This document shows positions 1-11,890 of a stretch of DNA of 54,003 nt, one piece after another (positions within the stretch are counted from its first letter, which is position 1; each line of letters begins with the position of its first letter). The stretch lies in contig NC_068990.1 of assembly GCF_001194135.2 (NCBI RefSeq), positions 34,763,258-34,817,260 on the forward strand, written 5' to 3'. Under the pieces are notes generated by a model. It ran no database searches. It was not told the DNA's origin and saw only the letters and a program-made list of their open reading frames with translations. Source of the stretch: Octopus bimaculoides. Lineage: Eukaryota. Made by a program: the position numbers and the translations under genes.

Positions 1-661
1 TATACATAGATAGATAGATATTTATATGTGTGTGTATATGTATATATATGTATACATATATATATTGTATATATGTGAGTATATAAGTTTTATGTATGCA
101 CGTATGTTTTTTCGTATACATACATAGACTCACATATATAGATATAGTATGTATGTCCGCACGAGACAGATATTTTCATTGCTGTATAATATTTGATTAT
201 ATATGAATCTAAATGAAATAAAGAGTAATTTAAAATATGAAAGAAAAAACAAAGTTGGTTTATAAAACATAGAAGGAAAATTAAAAAGTCATTATAAATT
301 ATATAAACAAATAAGTAAAAGCAATACCATCAACCTGATACCAAACAAAAACCATTTCCATTTCAAGAGGCAATGATTGATGGGGTATGTTTACCAATAA
401 CAACAAACGCCGCGAGCAGTAAAATTCACAGTAATAATAACAGAAAATGCAACAAAAATATAGAACAATAAGCACATTCAAAAAACCCCCCTCAAAACCC
501 CAATATAAACAATAAATATACAACAACAGTAGCAAACTCAAAAATAACTCCAATACAATAATATGCACAATAACAAAAAAACAGCAACAACAATAAAAAT
601 GGTGACAACAACGAAAGTAAGAAAATAGCTGCTGCATTTAGTCTCCGAGAAATTAGACTCC

Positions 662-802
662 TTAATCTAATCCAGCTTCTGAAACAGAAAATATATTAAA
701 CCAAGTAATAAACAGACAGTAAAATTGAAGAACTACCTTTAAAGCAATAACGGACAATGTAATCCAGCGAACAAGATGCTGGTGCTACTGCTTCTTCTAA
801 TA
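662..802 (-). CDS. Candidate last two coding exons of an unidentified minus-strand gene (737-802 and 662-678)
   Basis: Pyrimidine tract + TCAG acceptor at 803, then a 66-nt phase1-phase1 exon (xLEEAVAPASCSLDYIVRYCFK), donor AAG|GTAGTT, a 58-nt intron ending TTTTCTGTTTCAG, then EAGLD*. No homology recognised and the intron is short. Confidence 0.3.
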
Positions 803-948
803 CTGATAGCAAAAACAAAAAAAAAACAAAAAAGAAAGAAACAAACAAAAAACAAAATAGAGAATATGTTTGCATGTATGCATACGAGCATGTATGTGTG
901 TATGTATGTATGTATGTATGTGTGTGTGTATGTAGGTATGTATGTATA

Positions 949-1117
949 GTGAATGGGGAAAGCTTGGTCTGCAATGTTTGCGGTCGTGTATGCTTGTCAA
1001 GAGCAGGGCTCATTAGCCACCAACGGAGCCGCAAATGCAAAATATTAGTCCTAGAGCGTACAATGTTCCTGAAGGTCGGCAATGGTCTTCCTCGGTCACG
1101 AGTGGACGGCCATCATT
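949..1117 (+). mobile_element. 5'-truncated RTE-clade LINE 3' end (C-terminal CCHH/C finger and 3' UTR)
   Basis: Translates NGESLVCNVCGRVCLSRAGLISHQRSRKCK, typical of the RTE ORF C-terminus. Short UTR ends GGACGGCCATCAT and runs into (TATG)n. Confidence 0.75.
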
Positions 1118-1125
1118 TATGTATT

Positions 1126-1159
<34 letters not shown>

Positions 1160-1177
1160 TGTATGTATGTATGTATG

Positions 1178-1216
<39 letters not shown>
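1118..1216. repeat. (TATG)n followed by (TATC)n microsatellite
   Basis: Directly visible. Confidence 0.95.
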
Positions 1217-1249
1217 GCCTCCCACATTGGTTGCAACCCACGAAGGTTG

Positions 1250-2060
1250 TAACTACCCAACGTTAATAATCAAACAATTAATAGTCATATTTGCAACCAA
1301 TCCGCTTGCACCCAGAAAGAGTGCCCCGTTAGAAAGATCCTATTAGAACATAGCATTAGAAAGATCCAATTTTAAGAACAGTATAACCTATATTGAAACA
1401 AACGTAGATAGATTGAAAAGACGTAAACAGAGGAAAATAATATGGGGAAATTATCCATACAGCAAGTGGAGCTACGAATGTAACTGGAAGATTTCTGAAA
1501 CTCATTGACACCCACTCCCCCCACTCACAACAATACAAGATCTTCAATAGAATTACAATTAGCTACAATTACCTCCCCAACATGAAATCGATGATTTTGA
1601 ATGGCGATACGAATAAGAATATTAGGAACACCAAATTTATTTGTAGATTGATGGATAGCTGTCTCTTGAACAATAGATTTCTGGAAAAAGAACTACTGTA
1701 CAAGGTCAGCATCACGAACTTGAACGGAACAAGAAAACTTACTGTAAAATAGTGGCAAATACTTTCAAGGAGAGAGGTACGCAGAATTTGGCTTCGTTCG
1801 GAGACAAAAAGTAGTGAAGCACAACATCTTTATCTAATATGATATGGAAACTTAAGGAGGGAAACGTGAAAAGACTCATATAAAGTCGAGCATCATAAAT
1901 AAGGCTCGCAAATACAGAGAGCTGGCTACCAAGTGCAACCTCTGTATAACGGAATAATGAAGCATTACAACATCAACAACGACGAACTTTCAAGATATTA
2001 GGGAGAAAAACCTTCTCCCTTGCATGCATAAAAAACAAATCATACTTCAAAATTTCAAGA
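1250..2060 (+). mobile_element. Decayed Penelope-like element (RT thumb, linker and GIY-YIG C-terminal region)
   Basis: Frameshifted remnants CNYPTLIIKQL, RKIIWGNYPYSK, ATNVTGRFLKLIDTH, ISYNYLPNMKSM and LSNMIWKLKEG...INKARKYRELATKCNLCITE. These match PLE motifs SNHPPSIIKQ, IIWFNPPYS, FLKLIDKHF, ISYSCMPNMKS, LSKYIWKLK and CNLCLTEK in the right order. Confidence 0.8.
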
Positions 2061-2679
2061 ATGAGCCTCACCTACTCTGCCACCTCCAATCCGTGTAAGT
2101 GTCTGGATATCAATAATATGCAGATTATGATTTATTTGTACATTACACATTATACATTATACTCCCATGTTGGATTCCTACATAGAGAGAGTTATATGCG
2201 TAGCATATATTCCTGACATCACACGATTCACAGAAAAAAACATATTTATATGAACTTATTAACTTACGACACTGTGACCAAATTTCGTGCATAAAAAGAT
2301 CTGAGGAATCTCATAAACAGATATGTGCACAAACTTAAACAAGAAGAAAACGCTCGTCGCAGGCACGTGCATATATGCACGTGCGTGTGCGTTTGTGTGT
2401 GTATTTATAATTTTCATGTGTATGTGTAGGTCTGTGAACATTCACACACTTATAACTATAGATAAGGGCGGGCTCGAGCCTTCACACATAAAATATTCTT
2501 ATAAGTTACCTCCCGTAATTTGTGTATTTATATCGGAATCCCCGTTCGGTCTCGTGTTGCTTCGTACATTCTCAGCAAAAACGGTGACGAGTATCAACAC
2601 TTTCATGTAGTGTGCTTAAACAATTGTACAGACATCTTTGGCTGAAACCATTGCTTGCCTTATCGACCCCAAAACGAAG

Positions 2680-2742
<63 letters not shown>

Positions 2743-4714
2743 ATATATATANNNNNNNNNNNNNNNNNNNNNNNNNNNNNNNNNNNNNNNNNNNNNNNNN
2801 NNNNNNNNNNNNNNNNNNNNNNNNNNNNNNNNNNNNNNNNNNNNNNNNNNNNNNNNNNNNNNNNNNNNNNNNNNNNNNNNNNNNNNNNNNNNNNNNNNNN
2901 NNNNNNNNNNNNNNNNNNNNNNNNNNNNNNNNNNNNNNNNNNNNNNNNNNNNNNNNNNNNNNNNNNNNNNNNNNNNNNNNNNNNNNNNNNNNNNNNNNNN
3001 NNNNNNNNNNNNNNNNNNNNNNNNNNNNNNNNNNNNNNNNNNNNNNNNNNNNNNNNNNNNNNNNNNNNNNNNNNNNNNNNNNNNNNNNNNNNNNNNNNNN
3101 NNNNNNNNNNNNNNNNNNNNNNNNNNNNNNNNNNNNNNNNNNNNNNNNNNNNNNNNNNNNNNNNNNNNNNNNNNNNNNNNNNNNNNNNNNNNNNNNNNNN
3201 NNNNNNNNNNNNNNNNNNNNNNNNNNNNNNNNNNNNNNNNNNNNNNNNNNNNNNNNNNNNNNNNNNNNNNNNNNNNNNNNNNNNNNNNNNNNNNNNNNNN
3301 NNNNNNNNNNNNNNNNNNNNNNNNNNNNNNNNNNNNNNNNNNNNNNNNNNNNNNNNNNNNNNNNNNNNNNNNNNNNNNNNNNNNNNNNNNNNNNNNNNNN
3401 NNNNNNNNNNNNATATATATATATATATATATAGATAGATAGATAGAAAGATATAAAGAGAGAGAGATGAGATAGAGAGTGTAAAAGAGAGAGACAGAGA
3501 CAGAGAGCGAGAGAGAGAGAGAGAAAGAGGGAGACAAAGACAGAGAGAGAATATAGAATCAACATTTTGTTCATGAGTAATAGACTGTTTTGTATATTAT
3601 ATTCGAATTACTGAAAGACAAATGGCCAACTTTCGTACTAGGAAAGTGAGAGTTGATCGCATTGCATAATTAAAGCATGGCAAGCTGGTATTGAGTGTCT
3701 GAAAGTTAGCAATTCTTACATAAGCTACATTCCTTTCGTATATATGCCTGCGTGTGCTGGTTGGGTGTGTATTTATATATACATACATACTTACATACAT
3801 ACATATATATATATATATACATACATACATATATATATATATATANNNNNNNNNNNNNNNNNNNNNNNNNNNNNNNNNNNNNNNNNNNNNNNNNNNNNNN
3901 NNNNNNNNNNNNNNNNNNNNNNNNNNNNNNNNNNNNNNNNNNNNNNNNNNNNNNNNNNNNNNNNNNNNNNNNNNNNNNNNNNNNNNNNNNNNNNNNNNNN
4001 NNNNNNNNNNNNNNNNNNNNNNNNNNNNNNNNNNNNNNNNNNNNNNNNNNNNNNNNNNNNNNNNNNNNNNNNNNNNNNNNNNNNNNNNNNNNNNNNNNNN
4101 NNNNNNNNNNNNNNNNNNNNNNNNNNNNNNNNNNNNNNNNNNNNNNNNNNNNNNNNNNNNNNNNNNNNNNNNNNNNNNNNNNNNNNNNNNNNNNNNNNNN
4201 NNNNNNNNNNNNNNNNNNNNNNNNNNNNNNNNNNNNNNNNNNNNNNNNNNNNNNNNNNNNNNNNNNNNNNNNNNNNNNNNNNNNNNNNNNNNNNNNNNNN
4301 NNNNNNNNNNNNNNNNNNNNNNNNNNNNNNNNNNNNNNNNNNNNNNNNNNNNNNNNNNNNNNNNNNNNNNNNNNNNNNNNNNNNNNNNNNNNNNNNNNNN
4401 NNNNNNNNNNNNNNNNNNNNNNNNNNNNNNNNNNNNNNNNNNNNNNNNNNNNNNNNNNNNNNNNNNNNNNNNNNNNNNNNNNNNNNNNNNNNNNNNNNNN
4501 NNNNNNNNNNNNNNNNNNNNNNNNNNNNNNNNNNNNNNNNNNNNNNNNNNNNNNNNNNNNNNNNNNNNNNNNNNNNNNNNNNNNNNNNNNNNNNNNNNNN
4601 NNNNNNNNNNNNNNNNNNNNNNNNNNNNNNNNNNNNNNNNNNNNNNNNNNNNNNNNNNNNNNNNNNNNNNNNNNNNNNNNNNNNNNNNNNNNNNNNNNNN
4701 NNNNNNNNNNNNNN

Positions 4715-4746
<32 letters not shown>

Positions 4747-6099
4747 ATGTGTGTGTATATATATATAGTTTTCCGTTGATATGATAGAAATAATGTACAA
4801 CATACAGCCGTTAACACATACACATTAAGAAACCTACGGTCACACGTACACCCACCATTATACGCCCTCAAACACACACAAATATTTATACACAAAGATA
4901 AACACACGCACACACACACACACACACACGCACACACACACATATTCGGATGGCACATAGACACTCAATTAAACGGTCAGCCCACCACACATATGTTATA
5001 CATTGCCCTCATACAGTAAGGTACATACACTCACAGTTATATGCAGTTACTCATCATGAACACGAAACAGAGAAACACAGTTATATATAACAACTCATAC
5101 ATACACATATTACACATCAAAGTTAACGCAGAAGCCAACACACACAGACACACACACACACACACACAGACACACACACACACACACAGACACACACACA
5201 CACACACATATATTACGTAAAGCACTCAACACTTGTGCCCGTCCACATTCTCATACACGTAAATGTCGCACATAGGAACACAGAATAACACGCATACTTA
5301 TTCACATCAATACATTAGAATCTGTTGTCGATACACACGCATACCCATACATATACACAAGAACATAGGCACCCTACGCTACACACAGCACTTGCTATAC
5401 ATTTACACAGGCCACTCAAGAACACACGCATATACTACACTCTGCACTCTGCACTCAAAACACGCATATCATATGCACAGCAGTATATGTTCTCATACGC
5501 GGTCACATTACTCAGCATCGTGAACATATATACATAACAACACACAGAGACACACAGACATACAATATGGCTACCAAGGCAGAAGTCAGCAATAAGTAAT
5601 TGGTCTGCGTTGTTAGATTTCAAATTTTGTAGCGCTGAGCAACTGTATAGTATCTGGCAGACATAGTGTTCTTGAGAGCTTTGTGCCACGAGTTGGTTAA
5701 CTCTTTGCAAACAATGGATGGGAGGCAATATAGCATCGTGTAGAGATAGGTGTTACGGGATTTCTTGGTGCTGGGTTCACTAGATTCTCATGAGTTTGGA
5801 CGAGCTGCGAAGTAGTTAAGAAAATTGTTGGAAGTCGCTGAGGAAGCAAGCTATTACATCTTGCTCAAGAGAGAGGACAAGTGATGCAGCATGTACGGGC
5901 ACTGAAGATGTTAGAAACATTTTTTTCACAATCGCAGCGTCTGATTCAGCAAAGCTCTTGACGTAGTATGGGAATTTTGTCGTCTAGATCCTTGGATGGC
6001 ACCGGGTAGCTTTGGTGTCGCGGTGGAAGAGGCCGAAACAGCCACAGAGCTGCTTCACCACCTGATGAGACGTTAATTTTTGCATTCGGAGACGTAATG

Positions 6100-6495
6100 A
6101 TGTCAGCACAAAGACATTCGCTCTATATGTTGTTTGTCTATACGTTTAAAAACTTTGTTGTACCACAGTGGAACTGCAGAGATCTGGAAGAGCTCCTAGA
6201 CATATTGATGTAGTTATTGTTATTATTGTACCATTATTAGACTTTGCAGTATCTAGTAGACATATCGCTGTTGCATTTGGAGACAGAATACAACAGCGCC
6301 ATCAGCATACATATATTTACTCCATATGTTGTTTTCTATACAATTGTCGGTCTATACGGTTAATAAACGTTGTTGTACCTCTTCAGAAGTGTAGAGACCT
6401 GGTAGAACTTGTAGATATACTGATGCAGTTATTGCTATTGTCGTACCATTGTGGAACTTTACAGTACCTAGTACACGTATCGTTGTTTATGTAAT
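6100..6495. repeat. Diverged tandem dimer, unit about 200-215 bp
   Basis: GTTGTACCACAGTGGAACTGCAGAGATCTGGAAGAGCTCCTAGACATATTGATGTAGTTATTG (from 6157) recurs as GTTGTACCTCTTCAGAAGTGTAGAGACCTGGTAGAACTTGTAGATATACTGATGCAGTTATTG (about 6372), with matching flanks. Confidence 0.7.
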
Positions 6496-6916
6496 TCTAT
6501 GATGTTACACTTATGTATCTGTTTCCGTATTTAGTCTCAAAGAAAAAGACCGCTCACCACACACAAAAAAGTAAAAATGTAAACTTTATCACCAATGTTA
6601 CTACGCCAACAAAATTATTCCAAATTTCTTTGGTTCACAAATTTAAATAATTCTTTGACGCTTCGGTAAATTTAGAATTTTTAAAATGTTCACTTGTTTT
6701 AACTTGAGAAAATTTTAATTTTTTATTTTCAAATTTTTTTGATTGATTTTTCATTTCTTACTAAACTCTACTGAATTGTTTATAACAAACTATATTGGCT
6801 GGCAATGATAAATCAATCTTTCTCGCTTTTCGTTTTTGTTTGGTATTATCTAAATTCTTTATGTTTGTTATTTTCATCAATCTCTCTTTCTCTCCTCAAG
6901 CACAAGGGGAAGAGAG

Positions 6917-6920
<4 letters not shown>

Positions 6921-6972
<52 letters not shown>
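6921..6972. repeat. (AG)n microsatellite
   Basis: Directly visible. Confidence 0.95.
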
Positions 6973-6976
<4 letters not shown>

Positions 6977-7444
6977 AGGAGAGGTAGTAAGATGAGGGAG
7001 AGAGAGAGGGCACTCCACACACAGATTGTAAAAGATATTGTGAAAGAAAGAGAAAGTGTATGTGCGTACGTCTATGTGTGCATTCAATAACACTGAGATT
7101 TTGTATGTACGTGTGCGTTCGTACGTATGTGTGTATGCGTACGTGCGTATGTGTGTACGTGTGTGTGTGTGTGTGTGTGTGGTTGGTGAATCAAAAAGGC
7201 AAGTATTGCATTTCTTTTGCTGTCAGAAGAAATAAATAAAATATTCATCTGGAAATGGTTGTTAAAAAATAAAGAACGTGAAGATAATGTATTAAATATT
7301 TCTTTGTAATAAACCATTAAATTCAATGCAGTAAACGGATATTGAATAGGTACGTCCATCATTTATGTATATATACATATGTGTATGAATGTGGATAGCA
7401 TATACAAATGAAAGTACGTGTGTGTGTGTGTGTGNNNNNNNNNN

Positions 7445-7482
<38 letters not shown>

Positions 7483-7636
7483 TTGTGTGAATGTATATGT
7501 GTACGAAGATGTGCTTGTAAATGTGTTAGCAGGTATTCATATTTTGGATGGAGTGTATGCAAACTCGTATGTATGTATGTCCGTATGCATGTAAAAATCT
7601 ATTTAAAGTTGCGCGTATACACATATATTTTGTGTA

Positions 7637-7681
<45 letters not shown>

Positions 7682-8605
7682 GAGTATATCTAGGTATGCA
7701 TGTATGTGTGAGTGTTAGCATGCATATATCTATAAATAATACTATGTGGGTTATTTGGGTATGCACGTTTTATGTATGTATGTGTATTAGTATATATGAA
7801 TGGATGTATGTATGTATGAGCTGGTATATGGGCATGTATGTAAGCAAGTAAGTGAAAGTAAATCGAAATTTCTGGAAATTGCCTCCCTTCTTAAGTTTCT
7901 CTAAACATTTGCTCTTTTTCAGAGTATTTAACAACTATGAGTTCTCTAATTTAGAGGCCATCTTCAATCAAGAGATTTCTTGCATCAATCATTTAGAATG
8001 TCATGTCGTATCTCAGTTATTTAAATCCTTACCGTTAGTCTACTTGAGTAATTTCCTTCTCTGCGGTTTCTGGACTTCAAACGAATTAATACTCTTTTTC
8101 GTATCTCATTTTTTTACTACTAAAATTCTACATCCAATTTTCGAAACAACTCGAGAAATCTTATTAGAACCTACTGATGAGGCCAAATAAGACAGAAACG
8201 TGTTGGTCGCTGTTCCAAAAATTACACAGCCAGATCGTACCCAAATATGTATGGTACTTAGAAGAACAGTGTATTGTCAGTATCAGTTACAGCTTTTCAA
8301 TCATCGAACGCAATTTGTGCTACGTAAATACAACAAAGAAATACAGTAATAACAAAATGAACTGGTACTTGGAACAGCAAATTAGAACTGATATCATGAA
8401 GCCTTTACATAGAGTAACGGCAAAAGGGAAGCATCATGCGTTTGTTCGATATTTGCTAAAAATAGCAGCTAGTTCACTCTGAAATCGCAGTATATCTTTG
8501 TAGAAAGAGACACGATGAGTTGGTAAACAATGCATTTTTTTGCAGTCACACCACTCCTTCCACTCAGAGTTTTACCCCTCACCTCTGTCAAGTTCTGTGG
8601 AAGAG

Positions 8606-8650
<45 letters not shown>

Positions 8651-8811
8651 GAGAGGGAGAGAGAGAGAGAGGGATAAGAAGAGAGAGGGATAAGAAGAGA
8701 GAGGGAGATAGAAAAGGTGAGATAAGAAAAAAACACTTATTAAACCCGCAGTGTTCCCACCACCTGCAGAGCCCACATTTTACGAAACAACCAATAAAAT
8801 AGCGAATAATT

Positions 8812-9431
8812 GTATGATCTGCTAGATATAGCAGTCAAATCTCAGCTAAATAAAGCACAAGATTTTATAAGCTTAGGACAAGTTTGATAATGTAGTTATA
8901 AATATACAATGGCTGAAAAAAGACACTGGATTTACTTAGTCGGAGCTAAACTGTGGCTATAGAACTTGGACAAACGTCTTTTATTATCTTCTTAGGATCT
9001 CCAATATTTGGTAGACAAAAATTGCACAACTGCACTGAAAAAGCATTGCGCATGTTTTTGCGTGCGTTTTCATATTTGTGCTTACTTGTCTGTGTTTGTG
9101 TGTGTGCGCGCGCGTGTGCATGTGTGCGTGCGTGCGCGTGTGCGTGTGTATATGCGTGTATGCGTGGCGGTGTGGTAAGAAGTTTGCTTCCCAACCTCAT
9201 GGTTCCGAGTTCAGTCCCACCGCGTAGCACCTTAAGCAAGTGTCTTCTATTATAGCCTCGGGCCAACCAATTACCTTGTGAGTGGATTTGGAAGATGGAA
9301 ACTGAAAAAAAAAAACCCGTCGTTTATAGTATATATATATCTAGAACTACATCATCAAATTTGTCCTTAAGGTTATAAAATATTATGCGCTATTTAGTTG
9401 AAATTTGACTGCTATATCTAGCAGATCATAC
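8812..9431. repeat. Inverted repeat pair (8812-8897 / 9345-9431) of family C-type sequence
   Basis: Outer 29 bp are perfect reverse complements (GTATGATCTGCTAGATATAGCAGTCAAAT); about 88% over about 87 bp by hand alignment. Confidence 0.85.
9162..9325 (+). mobile_element. tRNA-headed SINE family A, 5' half
   Basis: A-box-like TGTGGTAAGAAG and B-box-like GGTTCCGAGTTCAGTCCC, followed by GCAAGTGTCTTCTATTATAGCC...TTGTGAGTGGATTTGG. Reverse complement of the head at 28975-29136. A degenerate tail piece follows at about 9480-9545. Confidence 0.8.
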
Positions 9432-9660
9432 GTTATTCACTCTTTTAATGGTTGTTTCGTAAAATTTGCTCTCTTCAAAATACTGGTGCCGATTCGTTTG
9501 ACTAAAAACCTTCAGGGCGGTGCCCCAACATGGCCGTAATTTAATATATACACACGTGTGTGCATATATATATATATATATAGATAGATATGTATGTGTA
9601 TGCGTGCGTGTGCGTGCCTGTGTGTGTGTGCGTGTGTGTGTGTATGTGTATGTGTGTGTG

Positions 9661-9969
9661 AGGTCGCTTGATCTGGACGTGTTGAGATGGGAGAAGGTCG
9701 CAAATGATCGCCCACGCTGGAGACAATTACTGCGAAAAAGAGAAGAGACTAGGCGATGAAAAAAGTAGGAAATCGTCACCAAAGAAAAGGGCACTCGACG
9801 GGAGAAAAGGCCAGTAGCCCCGGCAGAGAGCTCCTTTAAATGCAGTCGCTGTATGCGTGACTGCCACTCCCGTGTGGGCCTCTGCATCCACAACACACCC
9901 TGCAACACCTCAGTAGCTAACACGATTTCTTCGGGTGCAGATCCATGGACTCTCGAGATCGACGGATGC

Positions 9970-10023
<54 letters not shown>

Positions 10024-10024
10024 G
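9661..10024 (+). mobile_element. 5'-truncated RTE-clade LINE 3' end with (CTA)n tail
   Basis: RSLDLDVLRWEKVANDRPRWRQLL and FKCSRCMRDCHSRVGLCIH match RTE C-terminal motifs (WE..A.DR..WR; C..C.R.C.SRIGL.SH). UTR ends GACGGATGCC + (TAC)n. Confidence 0.8.
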
Positions 10025-10156
10025 TTATATATACATATATATATATCCGCAAGATATACTCAGACGTACTTAAACCTATAATTTCAGTTTGTTATATCTG
10101 TCACGGTAAGTTGTCCATATTATCTAAAGGCAATCGACAATCAACCTACGCATACG

Positions 10157-10214
<58 letters not shown>

Positions 10215-10693
10215 TATGTACACAAGTTTCTATACAAGTCTATAAATATATTCATTCACCAGCGTGTATGTATGTGTGTGCACGAAGAATGGTTGACAAA
10301 ACAACTGTATTTTGTGTGCCTCTTTGTTAGTATATAAGTGCGCTTGTGCGTGAGTCTATGTTGGTGCATATGTATATATGTACATATATGTATATATGGT
10401 TTTATATTATTACTTAACCAATCATTCACTTATCTCTTTGACGAGTTTCTTATCAGAATAAAAACAGATATATACACTCGTATTGATACACACTTATATG
10501 GAGAATGAATGTTTCTATGCGTATGTATCCGTAAAGACAATCTAATTGAATTCATATCCACATATGCATATGTATGCATGTATATATATTCAAAGATTTC
10601 CGTATATACAAATATGTATATGTATATAAACAACCATATATATATATTGTTGTACTTGGGGATGGTCATATTGCCAGTTTAGCCAATAATATA

Positions 10694-10732
<39 letters not shown>

Positions 10733-11324
10733 TATATGTGTGTATATATATATATATATGTATATATGTATACGCATATATATCATATACACAAATATTC
10801 ATACCTATATACACACACATACCTCCCACCCCACACACGCACACAAACATACATACACACACACACACATCTATATATACAAGTACGTATACACTTGCAC
10901 ATAGATACGTTTCGTTTCTTCCGTTCTGTTCTACCATACTATTCCCCTAAAACTGTGAGGACAAACTTCACGAAATTGATGTCGGTTATCGATTATGTGT
11001 CACAATGATATATCACTTCAATTAGATACTTTTGTTAGAAAAGAAAGTTATTTTTCTTAAAATGGATTTTTGAATAATAAGATATATTTTTAAAAGTTGC
11101 CTAAAAATAACCGAAAAATTGGTGAAAGTTTCTGTTTCAGGTTGTTGGGGTCAACTGTAATCGAATGAACGGAATAAAAACCTCGTTTTCGGTCCTTAAT
11201 AAATAATTTCTTTTTATATTCTCTTATTTACTTCAATCATTTAAATGGGAATATCAGATATATTGGCATTTTCGAGGTGTCATCAGAGCTTATTTATAAT
11301 TTCACAGTCTCTCGAAAATCGACA

Positions 11325-11408
11325 CGATCACCACTACGACGACCACCACCGCCGCCGCCACCACCACCACCGCTTGAAGCGAAAACAGCACCATTATCTC
11401 TACTACTA

Positions 11409-11448
<40 letters not shown>

Positions 11449-11470
11449 CACTACCACCACCACCACCACC

Positions 11471-11526
<56 letters not shown>

Positions 11527-11890
11527 CAAACATCTTCACCAACACTAACAGCAATACCGTCCTGTCAGCAAAATCACCACCACCGTCAGCATGGTCAACA
11601 ACAATAACAACAACAGCACCACCACGACCAATTACAGCATCGTCACCATTACTATCAACAACACTATCCTCTTTCTTCCACTTCTACCATCACCACCACC
11701 ACCACCACCACGAACAGAAAACATCATCACCAACATCAACAGCAACACTACTCTCCTGCAAACACCATCACCACAGTCACCCATCACCACCACCAACACC
11801 ATTACCACACCACCACCACCACCACCATCACCACTACCTCTAACATCAACATTAATATTTCCAACAACAGCAACAGCAACATAATTATCG
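11325..11890. repeat. Compound (CAC)n/(TAC)n/(AAC)n trinucleotide low-complexity tract
   Basis: Directly visible; source of the poly-H/Y/P/L pseudo-ORFs. Confidence 0.9.

Noticed and set aside
737-770. CSLDYIVRYC matches the insulin A-chain C-x8-C spacing
   Set aside because: The upstream CC-x3 cysteines are absent (VAPAS), and there is no B chain or dibasic site
2612-4964. Long ORFs in the track here and at 14.7-15.5, 17.1-17.9, 23.2-23.7, 30.2-31.0, 44.0-44.6, 45.7-46.9 and 49.8-50.5 kb
   Set aside because: They are open only because they run through N-gaps and stop-free (TA)n/(CA)n/(TATC)n repeats
6025-6075. GGCCGAAAC...CTGATGAG as a type II hammerhead
   Set aside because: No U-H cleavage site after stem III, and stem II halves (GGCC / GACG) do not pair
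9162-9230. tRNA gene
   Set aside because: Only A/B-box-like SINE heads; no acceptor stem or cloverleaf, and it continues into the SINE body
11245-11884. Poly-His/Tyr/Pro/Leu/Val ORFs (likewise poly-I/L at 39.6-39.9 kb)
   Set aside because: Translations of trinucleotide microsatellites, open in several frames on both strands
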